From NCBI GenBank assembly GCA_965242725.1, contig CBDESZ010000031.1, forward strand, positions 1 to 64,000: a stretch of 64,000 nt of DNA, given 5' to 3'. A program made the position numbers and the translations under genes. The notes under the pieces are model-generated. The model was not told where the DNA came from and ran no database searches. It was given only the letters and a program-made list of their open reading frames with translations. Shown in pieces: positions 58,073-64,000 of the stretch. Each line of letters opens with the position of its first letter. Position 1 is the stretch's first letter. The DNA is from Alkalispirochaeta sp. (GTDB taxonomy: Bacteria; Spirochaetota; Spirochaetia; DSM-27196; Alkalispirochaetaceae).

Positions 58073-58999
58073 CTATTTTCTTTCCGCCAGAAACTGTTGT
58101 ACCCCCTTGGCATCGGGCATCGCCGTCTGTGCTCCTCTACCGGTCACACTGATTGCGGCAACGGCGTTGGCCCTTTCGACCGCTTCGGGACCGATAAATC
58201 CATGTGAGAGCGCCCAGGCGAGACCGCCGTTAAAGGCGTCGCCGGCAGCGGTCGTATCCACCGCCTGGACGGGAAATCCGCGTATCAGCTCAGGCTGGGC
58301 CCGTTCCGTATCGGCGAGATAAGCACCCCGGGCTCCCGCCTTGACGACGACATTACGTACGCCCCCTTTCCGAAGGCTGCGGGCGGCCGCAACGAGGCCG
58401 TCGTCGTCGTCCGTCGGTATACCGGTAATGATTGAAGCCTCATGCTCATTGGGGGTGATCCAGTCGATATATGAAAGCACTTCAGAGGGAATTTCTGCCG
58501 CCGGGGCCGGATCGAGGACGACGGTAACTCCCCGTTCATGCATCGCCTGAGCCGTTTCCCACACCGATTCAAGAGGTATTTCCAATTGGAGGAGGAGAAT
58601 GTCCCCTCGCTGAGCTTTGGACAGATCATGAAGGATTGCCTCCCGTGTCATGTGACCATTGGCACCGGGGACGATGACAATTCTATTCTGGCCGGTTTGA
58701 TCCACCTCAATAAGTGCCGTCCCGGTCGGAAGGTCCCTGACTGCCTGAACACCGGAAATGTCCGCCCCCGATTCCGCAAGTGACGCACGGTAACGGGATC
58801 CGAACTGGTCGTCTCCAACCCTGCCGATAACGCGGGGATTTCCTCCCAGACGGGCGAGGGCCATCGCCTGATTGCCTCCCTTGCCGCCAAGGTACGTCGA
58901 GAATGACGTGCCGCGGAGCGTTTCCCCCGGTTTGGGAAATCTTTCCACACCAACGACGAGATCAACATTCAAACTCCCTGCAACCCAGATTGCGGCCAT
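58073..58999 (-). CDS. rbsK: Ribokinase
   Basis: GSLNVD, GGKGGNQA, PNEHEA, DTTAAGDAF. Confidence 0.92.
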   Translation of the reverse strand: MAAIWVAGSLNVDLVVGVERFPKPGETLRGTSFSTYLGGKGGNQAMALARLGGNPRVIGRVGDDQFGSRYRASLAESGADISGVQAVRDLPTGTALIEVDQTGQNRIVIVPGANGHMTREAILHDLSKAQRGDILLLQLEIPLESVWETAQAMHERGVTVVLDPAPAAEIPSEVLSYIDWITPNEHEASIITGIPTDDDDGLVAAARSLRKGGVRNVVVKAGARGAYLADTERAQPELIRGFPVQAVDTTAAGDAFNGGLAWALSHGFIGPEAVERANAVAAISVTGRGAQTAMPDAKGVQQFLAERK

Positions 59000-59111
59000 T
59001 CGATCCTCCTATTGGGTGAGTATAGTATCGTACTCTTCCGAGTACCAAGGGGTCGATTCCACGACGTGCCGCCACCGTTGCGGATTGACGCGGTACGCAC
59101 AGCCCCGGTGG

Positions 59112-59585
59112 TCACCGTGTCACGTCTCCGACATTCCCGCCGGTCAGCGCAAGAAGATCGTGAGGTGAAATTTCAATCTGGAGACCCCGCTTTCCCCCGT
59201 TAATGAAGACGGTGTCGAATATATATGCAGCCTCATCGATGAACGTCTTGAACTCCGATTTCATCGCGAACGGTGAGCATCCGCCAGGTACATATCCGGT
59301 TACCGCCTTCAGCTCCCGTAACGGCAGCATGGCGATCTCCCTCCGTCCTGCAACGGCCGATGCCTTTTTGAGATCCAGCTCCATATTCCCGGGGATACAG
59401 AACACGTAATGGCGTCCGTCGTCACCGTACGTGACGAGGGTCTTAAACAGCCGTCCCCCATCGATATGCAGTACGGCGGCAACAGAGGCGGCGTCGCGAT
59501 GATCCGGATCATCTGTGTATTCGTGGATGGTGTAAACGGTGTTGTGGCGTTCAAGCAGCCTCAGGGCATTCGTTTTTCCTGCCAT
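59112..59585 (-). CDS. ybaK: Cys-tRNA(Pro) deacylase
   Basis: KTNALRLL, FKTLV, TGYVPGGCSP, GKRGLQI. Confidence 0.92.
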   Translation of the reverse strand: MAGKTNALRLLERHNTVYTIHEYTDDPDHRDAASVAAVLHIDGGRLFKTLVTYGDDGRHYVFCIPGNMELDLKKASAVAGRREIAMLPLRELKAVTGYVPGGCSPFAMKSEFKTFIDEAAYIFDTVFINGGKRGLQIEISPHDLLALTGGNVGDVTR

Positions 59586-59638
59586 TGCGTGTTCCCTCGG
59601 TTCGGAGACTCTATCATTTTCCGTCGCCGAAAAAATAT

Positions 59639-59696
59639 TTGACAGGATAATTAAACCGGTTTACTTTGAAATAAACCGGTTTAGTAAACAGGTTGT
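59639..59696 (+). promoter_or_regulatory. sigma70 promoter with tandem LacI-type operators
   Basis: TTGACA-N17-TACTTT; perfect palindrome TAAACCGGTTTA at 59652 and 59672, partial copy at 59685. Confidence 0.85.
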
Positions 59697-59727
59697 ACCA
59701 ATAAATACCTGTAAGGAGGATAGTGCG

Positions 59728-60984
59728 ATGAGAAAACTGGGAATTATCCTGTTAATGGTCGTTGTGGCCACGGGAGCAGTCTTCGCGTCGGGTTCGGCGG
59801 AGAGAGGGGGCGGAGACATTACGTTGATGCAGAACAAACCTGAAATCGACTCAATGCTTCAGGATTACGGTGCCGAGTGGTCCGCCGATTCGGGAATCGG
59901 TATCACCATCAAGTCGGTTGGCGGGTCATCAGGCACGACGCTGGGTCAACAGCTGCGGGCGGATTATACCGCAGGGGAAATGCCGGACATTTTCATCATT
60001 GCAGGAATCGAGGATTACCGGGAGTGGGAAAGCCTCATTCTTGACCTCTCAGACGAGGAATGGGCAGACGAGACGTCGGTGGCGTTTACCGTCGACGGCA
60101 AGGTGTATGGATTTCCCGTTGCGATCGAGGGGTGGGGCATGGCGTACAATGAAGATATTCTGGACGCCGCCGGAGTTGATCCGGCTACCCTGACAAATTT
60201 CCGTGCATACCGTGCCGCTTTTGAAAAAATGGATGCCATGAAGGACGAACTCGGTATCGACTCCGTCGTATCGATGGCGGCATCAGCGGACATGGGATGG
60301 GTTACCGCCCACCACAATTTCAACTCTCTTCTTTCCAACGGCCTTCCCTATGGGGATATGAGTGTCGTGAGGGATCTCCAGAACGGAACGGTTGACCAGC
60401 AGCGTCTGCGGGAATATGCGGATTGGGTGGAACTCCTGTTTACCTACGCCGATCCTACGGTCCTCACGACGGGCAACTACGACGCCCAGGTCGGCGCATT
60501 TGCGACCGGTAAGGCCGCCTTTCTGCACCAGGGTAACTGGGTTGACCCCAACATGGACGCCGCGGGAGCGACATTTCCAATGGCTTTTGCGCCTCACGGT
60601 TCAATGCGTCGGAACACCGACGGGATCTTTGTTTCCGCGCCCTCTTTCTACGTCATTAACGCCGAGTCGGAAAATATTGAAGCCGCCAAAAAGTTCCTCA
60701 CCGATATGGTATATACCGACGCAGGTCAGCGTTTCATGGTTGAAGAAGCGGGTATGATCCCCGCCTTCTCAAATGTGGAACTCAATCCTTCCGGTCAACT
60801 CTCCCGATCGGTGCAACGGTGGTCGGCGGCGGGCAAGGTGTACTCATGGAATCAATACCAGTTTTCCGGTGAGTTTCGTGACCAGGTTCTGGCGCCGATT
60901 TACAACCAGTTTGCGACCGGCAGTATATCAAAGGCACAGTTCATCCAGGAGATGACCCGGGCATTTGAAAACCGGACAAATTAG
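59728..60984 (+). CDS. Carbohydrate ABC transporter substrate-binding protein
   Basis: AAGGAGG SD; signal ..VFASGSAE; GEMPDIF, YGFPVAIEGWG. Confidence 0.93.
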   Translation: MRKLGIILLMVVVATGAVFASGSAERGGGDITLMQNKPEIDSMLQDYGAEWSADSGIGITIKSVGGSSGTTLGQQLRADYTAGEMPDIFIIAGIEDYREWESLILDLSDEEWADETSVAFTVDGKVYGFPVAIEGWGMAYNEDILDAAGVDPATLTNFRAYRAAFEKMDAMKDELGIDSVVSMAASADMGWVTAHHNFNSLLSNGLPYGDMSVVRDLQNGTVDQQRLREYADWVELLFTYADPTVLTTGNYDAQVGAFATGKAAFLHQGNWVDPNMDAAGATFPMAFAPHGSMRRNTDGIFVSAPSFYVINAESENIEAAKKFLTDMVYTDAGQRFMVEEAGMIPAFSNVELNPSGQLSRSVQRWSAAGKVYSWNQYQFSGEFRDQVLAPIYNQFATGSISKAQFIQEMTRAFENRTN

Positions 60985-61018
60985 GTATTCGGTGTCCGAG
61001 TACGTCAGGTACAGTGCA

Positions 61019-61056
61019 GGGCCGTTGAAGCGAGGGTGTCCCCCCTTCAACGGCCC
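61019..61056 (+). terminator. Intercistronic hairpin after the SBP gene (mRNA stabiliser or partial terminator)
   Basis: GGGCCGTTGAAG-N14-CTTCAACGGCCC. Confidence 0.65.
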
Positions 61057-61071
61057 GTTATGGAGTTCGGT

Positions 61072-61992
61072 ATGAACAGCTTTCATCGGAATAACGCGGT
61101 GTTCTGGGTTTTTCTTGCCCCCGTCCTTTTCGCATTCATCATGATCGTCGCCGTTCCCTTTGTGATCGGTGCATTCTACTCGTTCACGGATTGGAACGCG
61201 ACGGCCAGGGCCGGACAGGGACTCAGCTTTGTGGGAATGAGGAACTTCACACGCAGCTTTCAGGATCCCGCGTTTCTGTACTCATTCATTATCACGACGA
61301 TTTACACGGTGGTGAACGTCGCGGTGATAAATGTGGTTGCCGTCGTTCTCGCCCTGGCGGTGACGAGCAGGCTGAAGTTTCGCAACGTCTATCGGATGGG
61401 TTTTTTTATTCCCTATCTTATCGGCGGATTGATTCTCGGATATCTGTGGCAGTTCGTATTCAACAATGCCGTTCCCGCGGTGGGCAACGCCGTTCCCATA
61501 CTTTCGGGACTTGCCGATCCGGAAAACCTCATGCTCCGTCAGGTCCCGACGGCGATCCTTGCGCTGGTGATCGTCGGAAGCTGGCAGTATGCGGGGTATA
61601 TCATGATGATATATGTCGCGGCGATTGAAGGAGTGCCGGGCGAGCTGTACGAAGCCGCTCAAATCGACGGTGCGACGAGCTGGCAGAAGTTCCGCGCCAT
61701 TACCGTACCCATGATTGCCCAGGCATTCACAATCACCATGTTCCTCACGCTGGTAAACTCGTTCAAGCAGTTTGACGTGAACTACTCATTGACCGCAGGG
61801 GGGCCGGCGACTTCATTCATGGGAGAGTCGATATTCGGTACGGAACTCCTTGCTATGAACATTTACAATGTCGCTTTTGTTGGCAATAACCTTGCTGCGG
61901 GCCAGGCGAGGGCGGTGATCTTCTTTGTCGTCATCGTCGTCTTTTCGCTGATTCAGGTTTCCATAAATAAACGGAAGGAGCTGGAGTTATGA
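61072..61992 (+). CDS. Carbohydrate ABC transporter permease
   Basis: ELYEAAQIDGA EAA motif. Confidence 0.93.
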   Translation: MNSFHRNNAVFWVFLAPVLFAFIMIVAVPFVIGAFYSFTDWNATARAGQGLSFVGMRNFTRSFQDPAFLYSFIITTIYTVVNVAVINVVAVVLALAVTSRLKFRNVYRMGFFIPYLIGGLILGYLWQFVFNNAVPAVGNAVPILSGLADPENLMLRQVPTAILALVIVGSWQYAGYIMMIYVAAIEGVPGELYEAAQIDGATSWQKFRAITVPMIAQAFTITMFLTLVNSFKQFDVNYSLTAGGPATSFMGESIFGTELLAMNIYNVAFVGNNLAAGQARAVIFFVVIVVFSLIQVSINKRKELEL

Positions 61993-62843
61993 GGGGAAAC
62001 GGGAAACTCTATCTCATTGAGTTCTTCATGGTCGCCTTTCTTCTGATGTACCTCTATCCCTTTGTGATTGTGGTAATCAATTCCGCAAAGGATGCCTTTT
62101 CCGTCACCCAGTACCCGATGCGCCTGCCGGAACGGTGGAGTCAGCTTTTCATCAATATGGAAACGATCTGGACGAGTAGAAATATACGGTATTCGTCGTC
62201 ATTCTTCTCGTCCGTTATCATTACCGCCCTCTCTCTGGTATTCGTCACGATTTTCCCGGCGATGGGGGCGTGGGTTCTCGTACGGACCAAGACGAAAACG
62301 TCGAAAGTCATCTTTCTCGTTTTTGTCGCGGCTATGGTCATTCCCTTCCAGATCGTCATGTTTCCCCTTATTACATGGTTCAGAACGGTCTTCCAGGTAA
62401 CGGGACTGCGGTTGTTGCGCACCTATTTCGGTATCGTTCTCGCCTATCTCGGTTTCGGCCTCTCCCTGTCGGTGTTTGTGTACCATGGGTTCATAAAAAA
62501 TATTCCCTATGAGTTGGAAGAGGCGTCCATTATCGACGGCTGTAAAATGCCGGAGGTCTTCTTCAGAATCATCGTTCCCCTCCTGACCCCCGTCCATGCG
62601 ACAATCGGAATTCTCCACGGTATGTGGATCTGGAACGACTTTCTCCTGCCCCTCCTGGTGCTCGGAAAGGGCAACCGCATTCAGACGTTGCCGCTGGCGG
62701 TGGCAAACTTTGCGGGCGCCTATGTCAAACAGTGGGATCTCATCCTTACTGCAATACTCATGGCGATGATTCCCGTGTTAGTATTCTTCTTCATTGCACA
62801 AAAGAAGATCGTCAAAGGAATGGTTGCGGGATCAATCAAATAG
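61989..62843 (+). CDS. Carbohydrate ABC transporter permease
   Basis: ELEEASIIDG, WNDFLLP. Confidence 0.93.
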   Translation: MRGNGKLYLIEFFMVAFLLMYLYPFVIVVINSAKDAFSVTQYPMRLPERWSQLFINMETIWTSRNIRYSSSFFSSVIITALSLVFVTIFPAMGAWVLVRTKTKTSKVIFLVFVAAMVIPFQIVMFPLITWFRTVFQVTGLRLLRTYFGIVLAYLGFGLSLSVFVYHGFIKNIPYELEEASIIDGCKMPEVFFRIIVPLLTPVHATIGILHGMWIWNDFLLPLLVLGKGNRIQTLPLAVANFAGAYVKQWDLILTAILMAMIPVLVFFFIAQKKIVKGMVAGSIK

Positions 62844-62845
62844 TA

Positions 62846-63880
62846 ATGGCACGAATCACGATTAACGATATCGCACGAATCTCGGGGTACTCAAAGACAA
62901 GTGTTTCCTTCGCCTTTAACGATCCCGGTCGTATAAGCGCGAAGGCACGGGCGCGAATACTGGGCGTGGCGAATGAACTGGGCTATATCCCCGACCCGTT
63001 GGCACGGAATCTCAGTCTCCGCCGTCACGGATCGATCGGACTGCTTCTGCCCGAGGTGATACCCGTTTCCTTTCTCAATACGCATCTCTCGCAGATCGTC
63101 CGGGGCATCGGCGAAATATGCGAGGAACACGGTCATTCTCTCACCCTCATACCACCGTTACGGGAGTCCGTTCAGGAGGGCGTGCGCAACGCGGCGGTGG
63201 ACGGACTGATCACAATCGGGCTGGAACCGGGAATGGAGACTGTTGCCCTCATCAAGCGGCGCCATTTGCCCTTTGTGACGATCGACGGACGAAGCGGCGG
63301 CGGGTTTCCCGTCGTCGGCATCGACGACGCGGCGGCGGCAGAGCTGGCGATGGATTATATTCTCTCCCTGGGCCACAGGAATATCGCGGTCATATCCTTC
63401 CTTGACGAACCGCAGCTTGCAACACGTTCCCACGTGAAAACCCGGCGATTGGAGGGATATCGGCGTGCATTTTCCGCGCGCAGTGACGTCCGTTTCTCCG
63501 ATGTGCGCTTCCTGGAAACGGAATCCACAACCGACGGAGGATTTCGAGTTGCCACGGAACTTCTGAACGGGGGATCGCCCCCGACGGCGATTGTGGCGAT
63601 GAGCGACATAATAGCCCTCGGCGTCCTCAGGGCCCTTGAAGAGGCGGCAATCCCCGTTCCCCGACGTGTTTCCGTGATCGGCTTTGATGATATTCCGGAG
63701 GCCTCCCTTGTGCGTCCGCCCCTTACGACGATCGCGCAGCCCGGTTATGAAAAAGGGCGACGGGCCGCGGATATCCTCATGCATATGGTCGGCGGTAGAA
63801 AAACCACGGAAGAGTATCGTTTGCACCACGAGCTCGTACAGAGAGGGACGTGCGGACCACCACCGGATCGTGTTGTCTAA
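62846..63880 (+). CDS. LacI family transcriptional regulator
   Basis: ITINDIARISGYSKTSVSFAFN HTH; GFDDI, PLTTIAQP. Confidence 0.95.
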   Translation: MARITINDIARISGYSKTSVSFAFNDPGRISAKARARILGVANELGYIPDPLARNLSLRRHGSIGLLLPEVIPVSFLNTHLSQIVRGIGEICEEHGHSLTLIPPLRESVQEGVRNAAVDGLITIGLEPGMETVALIKRRHLPFVTIDGRSGGGFPVVGIDDAAAAELAMDYILSLGHRNIAVISFLDEPQLATRSHVKTRRLEGYRRAFSARSDVRFSDVRFLETESTTDGGFRVATELLNGGSPPTAIVAMSDIIALGVLRALEEAAIPVPRRVSVIGFDDIPEASLVRPPLTTIAQPGYEKGRRAADILMHMVGGRKTTEEYRLHHELVQRGTCGPPPDRVV

Positions 63881-63907
63881 GACCGAATCCGCCGATACGA
63901 TCGAGGT

Positions 63908-64000
63908 GTGGATACCTATCACACCAATCTGATTCGACCGCTCACCGAAGAGTTGGAAAGCAGCGTCAACCAGAACCCGCTGCTCAATATTGACACCTTT
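63908..64000 (+). CDS. Possible start of a CDS running off the window
   Basis: Open frame MDTYHTNLIRPLTEELES... from GTG; start uncertain. Confidence 0.35.
   Translation, partial: MDTYHTNLIRPLTEELESSVNQNPLLNIDTF

Noticed and set aside
21837..63880. Long N-terminal extensions in the ORF track (pta, bactofilin, DUF434, acyl-CoA ligase, GerW, SBP, LacI)
   Set aside because: They overlap neighbouring genes or promoters; internal starts have SD or promoter support

Overview
GC-rich bacterial chromosome segment, most likely a free-living spirochaete (Spirochaetota). This is inferred from gene content: LoaP-capD-DegT-xdh-like cluster, PlzA-like PilZ protein, FadL-like OMP, 'FASGSAE'/'SASGVEE'-type solute-binding-protein leaders and many lipoproteins. 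About 60 CDS, mostly housekeeping or metabolic: accBCDA, fabZ, two acyl-CoA ligases, ccdA/tlpA, rsmA, dapAB, pta, tyrA, pntAB, DEAD helicase, rbsK, ybaK, a TTT transporter, a sugar ABC system with LacI, and c-di-GMP/two-component genes. There are two tRNAs (Lys-TTT, Glu-TTC). No CRISPR, integrase, transposase or rRNA was seen. Two genes (xdh-like large subunit and comEC) carry single +1 frameshifts that may be sequencing errors. The most interesting candidates are: (1) a three-lipoprotein cluster whose middle gene ends in four tandem beta-strand motifs resembling donor strands, a possible strand-complementation surface scaffold; (2) a lipoprotein with two 146-aa domains, each preceded by a flavinylation-like motif; (3) at least nine apparently leaderless genes, including a 22-bp bidirectional promoter; (4) a large protein with a split HPr domain; (5) a LoaP-led glycan operon coupled to a degenerate molybdo-hydroxylase; (6) a sigma28-like promoter driving a probably non-catalytic RlpA-SPOR protein. 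All functional calls come from motif recognition by eye; no database searches were run.
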